The translations under genes were made by a program, and so were the position numbers. Source: Chloroflexota bacterium (GTDB lineage: Bacteria; Chloroflexota; Dehalococcoidia; Lucifugimonadales; UBA2985). From it: 64,000 nucleotides of DNA. The notes under the pieces are model-generated. The model saw only the letters and a program-made list of their open reading frames with translations. It made no database searches and was not told the origin of the DNA. Of this stretch, positions 26,057-36,536 are shown piece by piece. The stretch lies in NCBI GenBank assembly GCA_028877205.1, contig JAPPHY010000011.1, positions 17,218 through 81,217 of the forward strand. The letters are read 5' to 3'. Each line of letters starts with the position of its first letter. Positions within the stretch are counted from its first letter, which is position 1.

Positions 26057-27583
26057 CTAGCGGGCGACCTCCACCGCGCGAGTCTCACGTATAACCGTCA
26101 CCTTGATGAGGCCGGGGTAGACCAGCGTGTCCTCGATTTTCTTGACCACGTCTCTGGCCAGCTTGGAGGCCATCACGTCGTCTATCTCCGCGGACTTGAC
26201 CAGTATTCTGACCTCGCGGCCGGCCTGGATGGCGTAGCTCTTCTCCACGCCCGGGAAGCTCTGCGCCACCTTCTCCAGTTCCTCCAGCCGCTTGGCGTAG
26301 TGCTCCAGCGTATCGCGGCGTGAACCGGGCCGGGCCGCGCTGATGGCGTCCGCAGCCGCTACGATGAACGCCTCCACCGAGCCGCGCTCCTCGTCGTGGT
26401 GCTCCATGATGGCGCGCTCCACTTCGTGCGGTATGCCATACCTGCGGGCCACGTCCGCGCCGATCTCGGCGTGCGGGCCCTCCACCTCGTGTGTGAGAGC
26501 CTTGCCGATGTCGTGCAGCAGGCCGCCGAGCTTGGCAACCTCGATGTTGGCGCCTATCTCCGCTGCCAGCATCGCCGACAGCTGCGAAACCTGCACGCTG
26601 TGCTGCAGGATGTTCTCACCGTAGCTGTAGCGATACTTCAGTCGGCCCAGCAGTTTCACCAGCTCAGGGTTCATGCCCCGGGCTTTCGCCTCGAAGACGG
26701 CCCGCTCCCCCTCCTCGCGGATGTTCTCCTCCACCTCATTGCGGGTCTTCTCCACCACCTCCTCAATGCGAGCGGGGTGAATCCTGCCGTCCGAGATGAG
26801 CTTGGTGATGGCCTGCCTGGCGATCTCCCGCCGGACGGGGTCGAAGCACGAAATGGTGACGGCCTCAGGCGTGTCGTCGATGATGAGGTCGACGCCCGTG
26901 GCGGCCTCTATGGCGCGGATGTTGCGCCCTTCCCGCCCGATCAGACGACCCTTCATGTCGTCGTTGGGCAGGCTGATGACCTTCACCGAGTTCTCGGACA
27001 CCACGTCCGAGGCAAGGCGGTGGATGGCCAGCGTGATGACCTTGCGTGCGTTCTGGTCCGCCTCGTCCCTGGCCACCTGCTCTACGTCTCTGTAGCGCCG
27101 TGCTACCTCGTATTGGATCTCCTCTTCGGCCTTGCGCATGAGAAGATCCCTGGCGTCGTTGACCGAGAGGGAAGCAAGGTTCTCCAGAATCTCGGTCTCC
27201 TGCCGCTTCATCTCCTCCAGCCTAGTGTGCTCCTCCTCAAGCCGCTTTTCCTCAGCCGCCTGGTGCCGTTCCCTGTTGTCCAGATTGTCCGCACGCCGCT
27301 CGATGTTCTCCTCGCGGTTGGCCAACCTTCGTTCCTGGCTCTGCAGCTCCGACCGCCGCTCACGCAGGTCCGCTTCCGCCTGCGTGCGAAGGCTCAGGGC
27401 CTCCTCCTTGGCCTCAAGGAGGGACCTCTTTCGCTCCTCCTCCGCCTCCTCCACGATTCGGGACGCCTCTGCGACGGCGTTGCTGGTTCGCCTGCCCAGA
27501 ACGACGGCTCTCAAGACGAATCCGGCTGCTGCTCCTGTCCCCAGGGCTGCCAGGACGGCCAGGACAAGGATCAATGCGTCCAT
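26057..27583 (-). CDS. rny: Ribonuclease Y
   Basis: N-terminal TM, Glu/Arg coiled coil, KH domain (GRLIGREGRNIRAIE), HD domain (LQHSVQVSQL...GGLLHDIGKA). Confidence 0.93.
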   Translation of the reverse strand: MDALILVLAVLAALGTGAAAGFVLRAVVLGRRTSNAVAEASRIVEEAEEERKRSLLEAKEEALSLRTQAEADLRERRSELQSQERRLANREENIERRADNLDNRERHQAAEEKRLEEEHTRLEEMKRQETEILENLASLSVNDARDLLMRKAEEEIQYEVARRYRDVEQVARDEADQNARKVITLAIHRLASDVVSENSVKVISLPNDDMKGRLIGREGRNIRAIEAATGVDLIIDDTPEAVTISCFDPVRREIARQAITKLISDGRIHPARIEEVVEKTRNEVEENIREEGERAVFEAKARGMNPELVKLLGRLKYRYSYGENILQHSVQVSQLSAMLAAEIGANIEVAKLGGLLHDIGKALTHEVEGPHAEIGADVARRYGIPHEVERAIMEHHDEERGSVEAFIVAAADAISAARPGSRRDTLEHYAKRLEELEKVAQSFPGVEKSYAIQAGREVRILVKSAEIDDVMASKLARDVVKKIEDTLVYPGLIKVTVIRETRAVEVAR

Positions 27584-27788
27584 TGTCCCAAACCCTCCTT
27601 TCCGACCGGGCCGCCAGGGCCCGGAAATATCCGTGCCCCCGCGATTAGGGGGTCTTGGTCGATGTTAATCGCGGACAGACAGGGTGTCAAGGAGACGTGT
27701 CGGCGCTCACCCAGCCGGCGCGGAGTGCGCGCACTGCCCAGCTCACGAGCGCCGCCATGCGTCCCGCGTGATGCCGTATAATGGGCGC

Positions 27789-28394
27789 ATGCCACTACGC
27801 GAATCCGGCCACCCCGAGCGAGCCGCCGACCACCGCGACACCCTGGCGAACGCGCCGCGCGTAGTGGTCGTGGGCTGCACCGGCTCCGGCAAGACGACGG
27901 TCGCGCGCAGCCTCGCACGGCTGCTCGACGTACCTCACGTGGAACTGGACTCGCACAACTGGGAGCCGAACTGGACCGCCGCGCAGACGGACGTCTTCCG
28001 CGAGCGCGTGCGCGATGCGCTGGCGGGAGACGGCTGGGTGGTCGACGGCAACTACTCCGCCGTTCGCGACCTCGTCTGGCCCCGGGCGGCCCTGCTGGTG
28101 TGGCTCAACCTGCCGTATCGAGTGGTCTTGTGGCGCCTCCTGTGGCGCACCCTGAGGCGTGTGTTTACGCGGGAGGAGCTGTGGAACGGGAACCGGGAGG
28201 AGTTCAGGACGCAGTTCCTGAGCAGAGACTCGCTGTTCAGGTGGCAGGCCGACAGCTTCCGCCGGATTCGCAGGACGATTCCCGCGGCCGTCGAACAGCC
28301 GGAGCACGCGCACCTGGACGTGGTGGTGCTGCGGTCGCCGCGGGGGGTGCGCGACTGGCTGGCGGCGCTCGCCGGCGCCCTCGATCAGAGGTAG
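27789..28394 (+). CDS. P-loop NTPase / adenylate-kinase-like protein (topology-modulation FlaR-like)
   Basis: VVVVGCTGSGKTTVARSLARLLDVPHVELD. Internal ATG at 27789 preferred over the ORF-track start at 27684. Confidence 0.7.
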   Translation: MPLRESGHPERAADHRDTLANAPRVVVVGCTGSGKTTVARSLARLLDVPHVELDSHNWEPNWTAAQTDVFRERVRDALAGDGWVVDGNYSAVRDLVWPRAALLVWLNLPYRVVLWRLLWRTLRRVFTREELWNGNREEFRTQFLSRDSLFRWQADSFRRIRRTIPAAVEQPEHAHLDVVVLRSPRGVRDWLAALAGALDQR

Positions 28395-28519
28395 CGCGGC
28401 CGGTCTCCTTGCTCCTGGTTCGACGCGCCATGCGAGTGCGCGGAGCAGACCGCGTCGGTATCGTGGTACACTATAGCCTTGCCCATTTTGCCGGACCAAG
28501 TCAGCTAAAGGAGGAAGCC

Positions 28520-29413
28520 ATGAATCCCGGAAGTGGAAACGACCAGACAACCCTGGACTTCACCCTGAAGTACAACCCGCCCATGGACCACGAGGCGGCC
28601 GAGCGCAATCTGAAGCACATCAAGTCCATTCTGGACAGCCTTGGCGTGGTCTTTATGATGGGGTCAGGCTCCTGCCTGGGAGCGGTGCGAGACGGGGCGT
28701 TCATCCCCTGGGACGATGACATAGACCTGGTGACCGTGCTGGGCGTCAACGGGACGACAGAGAATTCGATCGACACTACTACGGAGGCGTTTCGCGCCGC
28801 GGGCTACCACGCGGACAGGCTGGACGGCACGGGCTCGTCAACGGTGATGACGATGAGGGACGGCGTAAGGGTAAGCCTGGAGTGGCTGCGCATATCGGGC
28901 GACCACGTCTTGACCTACCCGGGCATCTCGCTGCCCACCTCCATGTTCACGCAGCCCAAGGAGATCGACTTCCTGGGCGAGCGGTTCAACGTGCCGAACC
29001 CGCCGGAGGAGTACCTGGCCTTGAAGTACGGCCCAGAGTGGCAGACGCCCAGGCGCACGGGGGAGTACGAGCGTGACGTGGTGGTTAAGGTGCCCAGCGT
29101 GGAGATCGAGGGCAGCCCGTGCTGGGTGCGCGTTCTGGATGAGTCCGACAACCCGGTGGCGGGCGCGGAGATCTCGCTGGTGGGCGGCGCGACGTCCCGC
29201 ACTGACGCGCAGGGATACGCGGAGGTGACGCTGCCGGGCTCGTACTACTTTGCGCTCATGATCAGGTACCCGGGCCACGAGGAGGTGCTGTACATGGAGG
29301 AGCTTGAGCCGGGCGGGCGTTTCGTGTACAGGGCCGGGTCGATGGCCGCGGCCCGGCAGGAGGCCGGCGGCGAGACGGGCACGATAGGCAACGTCATGAC
29401 GCGCGAGGAGTAG
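28520..29413 (+). CDS. LicD-family nucleotidyl/phosphocholine-transferase-like protein with a C-terminal carboxypeptidase-regulatory-like beta domain
   Basis: FMMGSGSCLGAVRDGAFIPWDDDIDLV. C-terminus CWVRVLDESDNPVAGAEISLVGGATSRTDAQGYAEVTLPGSYYF. RBS AAGGAGGAA before the ATG at 28520. The ORF-track extension back to 28100 is rejected. Confidence 0.7.
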   Translation: MNPGSGNDQTTLDFTLKYNPPMDHEAAERNLKHIKSILDSLGVVFMMGSGSCLGAVRDGAFIPWDDDIDLVTVLGVNGTTENSIDTTTEAFRAAGYHADRLDGTGSSTVMTMRDGVRVSLEWLRISGDHVLTYPGISLPTSMFTQPKEIDFLGERFNVPNPPEEYLALKYGPEWQTPRRTGEYERDVVVKVPSVEIEGSPCWVRVLDESDNPVAGAEISLVGGATSRTDAQGYAEVTLPGSYYFALMIRYPGHEEVLYMEELEPGGRFVYRAGSMAAARQEAGGETGTIGNVMTREE

Positions 29414-29632
29414 GGGTGGATGGGACTTACCCGCCGACGAGGTGAGGCGTGTCGGCTTGGTGCAATACCCTGGGTAGCCCACCTACCCGTATGAGGGGCC
29501 TCCTTTTGAATTGTCTCACCTCCAGGATGGCCCCTCCTATTCGTCTTGGCTAGTCTCACAAGTCTCTGAATGAAACATATCCCTTGTTCCTACCCTGTTC
29601 CTACCCTCAGTCCTCCTCTAGCGTCGACTAGT

Positions 29633-30151
29633 TCACAGTCCGGCAGCACATTGCCCGGCGACCGTTATCTCGTCATTGTACTTGGCGTCGAAACGAGACT
29701 CGCCTCGGTTCGGGAAGTCCCAAATGGAGAACTCTGCTGCCATTGACTCAGCAGCGACCAGCAAGGGGCTATTGTCCAAGTCCAGAGAGGCTGTTGCCCA
29801 AACTGCCTCTATGCCCAGTCCTGGCCCCGACAGGTGCCCCCCAATGAACCTCCACGGACGGTCATCGTTGCTGTCCACGACATAAACATCGATAACCTGC
29901 GCGTCTCCATAAGCAGTAAGTCCGGCATTTAGTTGCTGAATAAGTGCACTGGGAGCGTGGTAACACCGCGGACTGGCGATTCCAGCGGACGGGGGCGCGG
30001 TGTGGAATGGCGCAGTCGTTGGGGTATCAATCGGGGACAAGGTTGGAAGCGGTGCCCTCGTGGGTGTGGGTTCCGAGTCACAGGCTGCTATAAGTAGCAT
30101 CGTCGCAATCAGCATCGCTTGTCGCACAGCAGAGCCCCCTTCTGTAGTCAT
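29633..30151 (-). CDS. Hypothetical lipoprotein with a Pro/Thr linker
   Basis: MLIATMLLIAAC-DSEPTPTRAPLPTLSPIDTPTT. ATG at 30151 preceded by GAGGATGGG. Confidence 0.55.
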   Translation of the reverse strand: MTTEGGSAVRQAMLIATMLLIAACDSEPTPTRAPLPTLSPIDTPTTAPFHTAPPSAGIASPRCYHAPSALIQQLNAGLTAYGDAQVIDVYVVDSNDDRPWRFIGGHLSGPGLGIEAVWATASLDLDNSPLLVAAESMAAEFSIWDFPNRGESRFDAKYNDEITVAGQCAAGL

Positions 30152-30285
30152 GTCCCATCCTCGCGCATGTGCTTGCCCTGCGCAACAGTTGCGAGGCGCG
30201 CGTACCAGCACACCTTGCTCGTCCAACGCGGCGGAACTCCGCCGCGCAGCTATTGCCATAATTCGTACCGTGATGTAGGATATAG

Positions 30286-30756
30286 GTGAGAAAACAACTA
30301 GAGGTTGAAGATTTCATGGACGAATTGGATAGGAAGATAGTCGGAATACTCCAGCAAGACGGCAGGGCCTCCAACGCCAAGATCGCCCGGCAGCTCGGCG
30401 TCAGCGAAGGCACCATCCGTCGCCGACTCAAGCGGCTGATAGAAGACGAGGCCATACAGGTGATGGCGCTCCCAGAGCCCAACAAGCTCGGCTTCAACAC
30501 CGAGGCCATCGTCGGCCTGCAGGTGGATCCCAGCAAGATCGAGAACGTGGCAGCGGAGCTGTCGAAGGCGCCCGAGGCGCTGAACGTCGCCGTGACCACC
30601 GGCGCATTCGACCTGTTCGCGTGGGTGGCGCTGCCGTCGCCGGAGGACCTCCAGAGCTTCCTGCTCGGCAAGGTGGGGCAAATCGACGGAATCCGGCGCA
30701 GCGAGACCTTTGTGACCATGTCCGTCAAGAAGCGCGCCTTCACGAGGCTGACCTAA
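30286..30756 (+). CDS. Lrp/AsnC family transcriptional regulator
   Basis: LDRKIVGILQQDGRASNAKIARQLGVSEGTIRRRLKRLIEDEAI plus a C-terminal AsnC ligand-binding domain. The start may be the ATG at 30316. Confidence 0.85.
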   Translation: MRKQLEVEDFMDELDRKIVGILQQDGRASNAKIARQLGVSEGTIRRRLKRLIEDEAIQVMALPEPNKLGFNTEAIVGLQVDPSKIENVAAELSKAPEALNVAVTTGAFDLFAWVALPSPEDLQSFLLGKVGQIDGIRRSETFVTMSVKKRAFTRLT

Positions 30757-30792
30757 TCTCGACATGCCGGACATGATCCGGACGGTTTCGCT

Positions 30793-31221
30793 GTGTTAGG
30801 CATCGCCTTCGGCCTCATGGCCGCCACCTGCTGGGGTTTCAGCGCCATTCTGGTGCGGCTGGGCCTGCAGCACATTCGCCCCACCACGGGCACGTGGCTG
30901 TCGCTGCTTCCGGGCTGCATCCTGGTGATGTCGCTCGCGCTGATCTTCAACCCGGACGTGTTCCCCGAGCTGACGGCCGTCGCGTTCCTGTGGTTCGCGC
31001 TCAGCGGGCTGTTCAACTTCGCGCTCGGCCGCTTCTTCAACGCCGTGAGCATTCAGATGGCCGGGGTGGCGCGCGCCACCCCGTTGTTCAGCACGGCGCC
31101 CCTCTTCGCCACGATCCTGGCCGTGATCTTCCTGGGCGAGTCCATCACGCCGTGGCTCATCGCGGGAACCGTGACCATCGTCTGCGGCATAGCGCTGATA
31201 ACGAGCGAGCAGGCGCGATGA
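30793..31221 (+). CDS. EamA/DMT-superfamily half-transporter (first of a pair)
   Basis: 4-5 TM helices. ATCWGFSAILVRLG...ATPLFSTAPLFATILAVIFLGE. Confidence 0.7.
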   Translation: MLGIAFGLMAATCWGFSAILVRLGLQHIRPTTGTWLSLLPGCILVMSLALIFNPDVFPELTAVAFLWFALSGLFNFALGRFFNAVSIQMAGVARATPLFSTAPLFATILAVIFLGESITPWLIAGTVTIVCGIALITSEQAR

Positions 31222-31697
31222 AGGCGATCCAGTCGAGACTCCGCGGTGGCGGCCGCATCTGGCTCGGGTACGGGTTTGCGATGGGCGCTGCGCTGTCCTA
31301 CGGGGCGTCGCAGACCGTGGGCAAGCACGTGACGACCGAGTACGCGCCGCCGCTGGTGGGCACCGCCTTCGCGCTACTGTTCGGGCTGGCCTACGTATCG
31401 GTGATGTTCCACCGACACATCCCCACCGACATCAGAACCAGCTCGCGGAAGGGTTTCCTGTGGTTCGGCCTGTCAGGCATCGCTTCGGCGTCCGGCGTCA
31501 CGTTCCTCTACTTCGCGCTGAGCAAGGCGCCCGTGGTGGTCGTCTCGCCGGTGGTGGCGATAAACCCGCTGATCACGCTGACGCTGGCGCACCTGCTGCT
31601 CCAGAGGCTGGAGCGCATCACGAAGCGGACCATACTCGGCACGCTGCTGGTGGTGCTTGGCGTGGTGATAATCACGCTGAGCCGCAGCACGTCGTGA
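31218..31697 (+). CDS. EamA/DMT-superfamily half-transporter (second of a pair)
   Basis: The ATG at 31218 overlaps the upstream stop (ATGA). MGAALSYGASQTVGKH...VVSPVVAINPLITLTLAHLLLQ. Confidence 0.65.
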   Translation: MKAIQSRLRGGGRIWLGYGFAMGAALSYGASQTVGKHVTTEYAPPLVGTAFALLFGLAYVSVMFHRHIPTDIRTSSRKGFLWFGLSGIASASGVTFLYFALSKAPVVVVSPVVAINPLITLTLAHLLLQRLERITKRTILGTLLVVLGVVIITLSRSTS

Positions 31698-31832
31698 GGG
31701 GCGAGCAGTGTCCGTAGTAGCGATCTTCCTGCTGCTTCTTGCCCTGCTGTTCTTCCTGGCGATAGGCGGCGTATACCTGGCGCTGCTCGGCTACGCCAGG
31801 CTGTCGGAGCGCAGGAAGCGCGGCGAATAGAC

Positions 31833-32750
31833 TCAGGCTGCGCGCATCGCCCTGAGCGGGCGGCCCGTGTCGAGCTGTTCCGCTCGCACGCCTTTGCGTT
31901 CCAGGATCAGGACCAGGCACTTCGGCCCGCCGCCCGCCTTCAGAAACTCGCTGACGTCCACCTCGTGGACCTTGTACCCCCTGGCCCGCAGCTCCGACCC
32001 GACCACCGGGCAGTCTGCGCTGATCACAACGTGGCGGCCTATGACGACGGAGTTGCAGGCGAAGCGGCGAGCTTCCTCCTCCGGGACCTTAATCGCATCG
32101 GGAAAGCGATCCTCAATCAGCGCGCGACCTTCCTCAGTGAATGCGCCCGGATAGTAGAGGATGGAGCCGTCCGCGAGAGGACACGCGCAGGTGTCCAGGT
32201 GATAGAACCAGGGGTCGGCCAGCTCCAGCGCCAAGACTTCCTTCCTCAGCAGCCGGCCTACGCGCTCGACCGCCTCCCGGTCTGACCGGAACGTGTACCC
32301 GGCCAGGAGCAAGTCACCGGCGGCGAGCAGGTCGCCCTCTCCCTCGAAGCGCAGGTCAGGCGGCAGCCTCACGACGCGGTAGCCCTTCGACTCAAACCAG
32401 GACTGCCAGTGGAGCTCTTCCCGCGCTCTCTCGGGATAGCGGAAGCTGGAGGCGATGAACGTGTCGCCCGCGAGCAGCCCAGCGTTGGCCGTGAACACGC
32501 AATCCGGAAGCCCTGCCACTGGGACAACGAGTTCCACCTTCGCCCCGATTTCACCACCCAGCAAATGGTACAGAGCCTTCCATTGCTTCCACGCCTCCTT
32601 GCGATCAACCCTGTTGCGCGTGTCCATCCAGGGGTTGATCTCGTACCTGACGTCAAAGTGGTACGGCGGGCACATCAGGATGCGAGTCTCGCTACCTCGA
32701 AGGGCAGTCCGTATTTCCTCGAATAGTCCGGTCTTCATGTCAGTCTCCAT
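31833..32750 (-). CDS. Amidinotransferase / dimethylarginine dimethylaminohydrolase-fold (guanidino-group modifying) enzyme
   Basis: ILMCPPYHFDVRYEINPWM...C-terminal GGGPKCLVL (catalytic Cys motif). Confidence 0.7.
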   Translation of the reverse strand: METDMKTGLFEEIRTALRGSETRILMCPPYHFDVRYEINPWMDTRNRVDRKEAWKQWKALYHLLGGEIGAKVELVVPVAGLPDCVFTANAGLLAGDTFIASSFRYPERAREELHWQSWFESKGYRVVRLPPDLRFEGEGDLLAAGDLLLAGYTFRSDREAVERVGRLLRKEVLALELADPWFYHLDTCACPLADGSILYYPGAFTEEGRALIEDRFPDAIKVPEEEARRFACNSVVIGRHVVISADCPVVGSELRARGYKVHEVDVSEFLKAGGGPKCLVLILERKGVRAEQLDTGRPLRAMRAA

Positions 32751-32807
32751 CTATCGCCACGTCACAATCCCGGAAACTCCGTCTGGCGTGGCGAGTTCCG
32801 AATACGG

Positions 32808-34370
32808 CTAGCTAAGGTCCGCCTTCAGCCCCTGAGCCAGCTTGATCTCATCCGCGTGGTTGACCGTCCAGGATACCTTGTGAGTCACCGCCTCCAGCAG
32901 GCCGGCGGCCGATGGCATCCCCGTACCACTCTTCTTCAGTCCGCCGAATGGCAGGTGCACCTCAGCGCCGATGGTCGGCAGGTTCACGTATCCAACGCCG
33001 AAGTCGCACGCCTCCCGGGCTGCGCGTATGGTCCTGTAGTCACGGCTGCACACGGACAGCGCGAAGCCGTACTCGGAGTCGTTGTATATCCGGGCTGCCT
33101 CATCAAGGTCGTCGAAGGGTATGATCCCCACGTGCGGCCCGAAGACCTCCTCACGGAGCACCCTCGCCTTCGGGTCGTGCTCCATCGTGTAGACGAAGGG
33201 CCGGACGAAGTACCCGCCGGCGTACTCGCCGTCCTCGAGGCGGCCGCCGTCCAGGTGCACAGTGGCGCCCTCCTCGACCGCCAGCCGGCAGTAGTACTCG
33301 AACTTCTCGACCCCGGCGTCGCTGACCAGAGGGCCCATGAACGTGGCCTCGTCCAGTGGGTCACCGATGCGGATCTTCCTCGCCCGCTCCACGAAGGCGT
33401 CGACGAAGCGATCGAAGATGCCGCGCTGCACGAGGATGCGCTCCGCGGAGACGCAGCGCTGGCCGGTGGTGCGGAAGGCCGAGATGACGGCGGCGTTCAC
33501 GGCCAGGTCGAAGTCCGCGTCATCGAAGACAATCATGGCGTTCTTGCCGCCCATCTCGCACACGCAGTACTTGCGATAGTCCCTGGCGCACGCTTCCTTG
33601 ATTCTCGCGCCCACCTCCGCTGAGCCGGTGAACAGCACCACGTCCACGTCCGGGTGTGTCACAAGGGGCCAGCCCGCCTCTTCGCCGTAGCCCTGCACCA
33701 GGTTCAGGACTCCCGGCGGCAGCCCGACCTCGTCGAAGTACTCGACGAGGCGCTGGCCGATGAGCGGAGTCTCCTCGGCGGGCTTGAACACCACCGTATT
33801 GCCCTCGACAAGTGACGGGCAGATCAGCCACAGCGGTATTGCAAACGGGAAGTTCCAGGGCGCGACGGCCGCCACCACTCCCTTCGGCTTCCGGTGGATG
33901 AATACGTCCTTCTCCGGAATCTCCGACGCCAGCACCTCTCCCCACTCCGTGCGCGCCCTGCCGAACCAGTACTGAGCTGCGTGAATGCCCTCCACGATGT
34001 CGGCGCGGGCCTCTGCGATGCACTTGCTGGACTCCATGCTCAGCAGCTGCGCCAGCTCCTCCTGGTCCCGTTTCACCAGCTGGACAAAGGCGTCCAGGTA
34101 CTCCGCGCGGCGGATACGCGACTCCCTCTTCCAGCCTTGAAATGCGGCACGGGCTGCGGCCACAGCGCCCTCCACCTCCAGTATCCCCGATCGAGGAAAG
34201 ACCCCGAGAAGCTCACCGGTATTCGCGGGGTTTCTGTCCTCGAATGTCTCCCCGATGGCCGCAGCCCAGGTGCCGCCGATGTAGTTCGTTCCCCTGGTAA
34301 TTGTGGACAACATCTCCGCCTCCTTCCCAGCAATGGCCGAGCTATTCGCCTGTGCCATTGAAATCACCAC
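32808..34370 (-). CDS. NAD(P)-dependent aldehyde dehydrogenase
   Basis: VAAVAPWNFP, VLFTGSAEVG, CEMGGKNA (catalytic Glu), GQRCVSAER (catalytic Cys). The true start is possibly the internal MLSTITRG. Confidence 0.88.
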   Translation of the reverse strand: MVISMAQANSSAIAGKEAEMLSTITRGTNYIGGTWAAAIGETFEDRNPANTGELLGVFPRSGILEVEGAVAAARAAFQGWKRESRIRRAEYLDAFVQLVKRDQEELAQLLSMESSKCIAEARADIVEGIHAAQYWFGRARTEWGEVLASEIPEKDVFIHRKPKGVVAAVAPWNFPFAIPLWLICPSLVEGNTVVFKPAEETPLIGQRLVEYFDEVGLPPGVLNLVQGYGEEAGWPLVTHPDVDVVLFTGSAEVGARIKEACARDYRKYCVCEMGGKNAMIVFDDADFDLAVNAAVISAFRTTGQRCVSAERILVQRGIFDRFVDAFVERARKIRIGDPLDEATFMGPLVSDAGVEKFEYYCRLAVEEGATVHLDGGRLEDGEYAGGYFVRPFVYTMEHDPKARVLREEVFGPHVGIIPFDDLDEAARIYNDSEYGFALSVCSRDYRTIRAAREACDFGVGYVNLPTIGAEVHLPFGGLKKSGTGMPSAAGLLEAVTHKVSWTVNHADEIKLAQGLKADLS

Positions 34371-34571
34371 TTACTGAAATTGTAACCCGGCGTTGTGGAA
34401 TCCGTCAAAATGGTGACGAATATCACGAACATCCTGGGGTGCGCGCAGTGCAATGCGCACAGTAGAGTGAACGGAATCACGAAGTCGTGAATTCTGTCAC
34501 GCGTCGCGAGGTGAGGCGGCGGTTTCCGAGGTCTCGGAAGATAGGCCACACGAAGGCGCAGAGGGGCTCCC

Positions 34572-36311
34572 CTAGCTCTGCCGGTAGCGATTGACGATCG
34601 GCAGGCGGCGGTCGCGTCCGAACGCGCGCGGCGTTATCTTGACCCCGGGCGGCGACTGGCGGCGCTTGTACTCGTTGCGGTCCACCCTCGCGATCACGCG
34701 GCCCACCGTGTCCGCGTCGATGCCCATGTCCACGATGTCCGCGTAGCTGCGGTCCTGCTCCACGTACGCCTCCAGGATCCGGTCCAGCAGGTCGTAGGGC
34801 GGCAGCGTGTCCTGGTCGGTCTGGTCCGGCTTCAGCTCCGCGCTGGGCGCCTTGTCCAGCACGCTGGCAGGAATGACGTTCGCGGGCGAGCCGTGCTCGT
34901 TGCGATACCTCGCAAGCCGGTACACCAGCATCTTGGGCACGTCCTTGATCACTGAGAAGCCGCCCGCCATGTCGCCGTAGAGCGTGGCGTAGCCGGTGGC
35001 GAACTCGCTCTTGTTGCCCGTCGTGAGCACCAGCCAGCCGTGCTTGTTCGACAGACCCATCAGGATGTTGCCCCGAATGCGCGTCTGCAGGTTCTCCTCC
35101 GCCACGTTGGGCTGCGTGCCGCTGAACGGCTCCGCGAGCATGTGCAGCATGGCCTCGAATGCCTCTTCGATGGGGATCGTCAGCAGCTCGGCGCCCAGGT
35201 TGCCGGCCACGGCCTTCGCGTCTATCAGGCTGCCCTCGGATGAGTAGCGCGAAGGCATCGCCACGCAGACCACGTTCTCGCCGCCCAGGGCGTCGGCGGC
35301 GACGGCCGCCGTCAGGCTGGAGTCGATGCCTCCCGACAGGCCGATCAGCACCTTCCCGAACCCGCTCTTGCGCACGTAGTCGGCGGTGCCAAGCACCAGA
35401 GCTGAGTACACCTCCTCGAGCGGGTCGAGGGGCTCGACGATACAGCCGTCGAGAGCCGGCCTGGCAGGAGCGGGCGTGTGCTCCGAGTGGAATACCAGCT
35501 TCGAGGCGCCAACACTGCTAAGGATCGGCCGCTCCTTGCGTGGCCTGGGGTCGCGGAGGCGATGCTGCAACACTGCATCCACGTCCAGGTCGGCCACCAC
35601 GAGGTCCTCCTCGAACTGCGGGCCACGTGCTACGAGCTCTCCGCCCTGGTCGTAAACCATGCTGCCGCCGTCGAAGACCAGCTCGTCCTGGCCGCCGACC
35701 AGGTTGGTGTAGGACACGTAGACGCCATTGTCGGCCGCTCGGGTGGCCACCATTCGCTCGCGAAAGGCCAGCTTACCGGCATGGTAAGGGCTCGCGTTGA
35801 TGTTCAGGATGACCTCTGCGCCCGCGTCGCGCTGCACGGCCGAGGGGCCGAGGGCGTACCAGATGTCCTCACAGATGTTCACGCCGACATGGACGCCGTT
35901 GACCACGTACACGGGGCAAACGGAGCCGGCCTTGAAGTAGCGATCCTCGTCGAACACGCCGTAGTTGGGCAGGTACATCTTGTGGTAGACGCCCAGGAGC
36001 TGCCCGTCGTGGGCGACCGCGGCGGCGTTGTAGATGTCACCCTTCAGGTCGACGAAGCCGACAACGACCGTGATGCCGCGGGAGCCGTCCACCACACGCT
36101 GCATGGCGTCGAGGTTGGCGCGTATGAACGACGGCTTGAAGAGCAGGTCCTCCGGCGGATAGCCGGGGATGGCCATCTCCGGGAAGACGACGAGGTCGGC
36201 CTGCTGCTCCCTGGCGCGCTCGACGTACTCCAGCACCTTGGAGGTGTTGCCCTCCAGGTCACCTACCGTCGTGTTGATCTGGGCCATAGCCAAACGCAGC
36301 TTGCGCACCAT
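34572..36311 (-). CDS. nadE: Glutamine-dependent NAD+ synthetase
   Basis: N-terminal CN-hydrolase domain (LVVFPEMAIPGYP...NICEDIW). C-terminal synthetase with LIGLSGGIDSS. Confidence 0.92.
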   Translation of the reverse strand: MVRKLRLAMAQINTTVGDLEGNTSKVLEYVERAREQQADLVVFPEMAIPGYPPEDLLFKPSFIRANLDAMQRVVDGSRGITVVVGFVDLKGDIYNAAAVAHDGQLLGVYHKMYLPNYGVFDEDRYFKAGSVCPVYVVNGVHVGVNICEDIWYALGPSAVQRDAGAEVILNINASPYHAGKLAFRERMVATRAADNGVYVSYTNLVGGQDELVFDGGSMVYDQGGELVARGPQFEEDLVVADLDVDAVLQHRLRDPRPRKERPILSSVGASKLVFHSEHTPAPARPALDGCIVEPLDPLEEVYSALVLGTADYVRKSGFGKVLIGLSGGIDSSLTAAVAADALGGENVVCVAMPSRYSSEGSLIDAKAVAGNLGAELLTIPIEEAFEAMLHMLAEPFSGTQPNVAEENLQTRIRGNILMGLSNKHGWLVLTTGNKSEFATGYATLYGDMAGGFSVIKDVPKMLVYRLARYRNEHGSPANVIPASVLDKAPSAELKPDQTDQDTLPPYDLLDRILEAYVEQDRSYADIVDMGIDADTVGRVIARVDRNEYKRRQSPPGVKITPRAFGRDRRLPIVNRYRQS

Positions 36312-36536
36312 GCCGTCTCACCTGCGCGAGATTTGCGAATGAGTATAGCACACGGGGCGCGTCGATATAGGATGGGCTCAAGCGGACTCGAATAGCGCGG
36401 GCCGTGATCAGGCCGATTGTAGCCCGCACGCCCATTGTGTACAATTTCGCCGGATGCCAGCTCTACACGAATGGCAGTAAGTTCAAGCAGGACATCAGCG
36501 CGCCCTGACGGCAGCGTTGGCCCTTGCGGAGATCAA

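Noticed and set aside
28100-28519. Upstream extension of the LicD-like ORF (ORF track start 28100)
   Set aside because: The extension overlaps the end of the P-loop gene and is Arg/Ala/Gly-rich shadow sequence. A strong RBS (AAGGAGGAA) precedes the ATG at 28520, where family similarity begins.
29586-29607. Tandem 11-mer GTTCCTACCCT x2, and the 72-nt LRR units and PT-linker tracts, considered as CRISPR or tandem-repeat loci
   Set aside because: There are only two copies of the 11-mer, with no spacers. The LRR and PT repeats are in-frame coding repeats. No repeat-spacer architecture or cas genes exist in the window.
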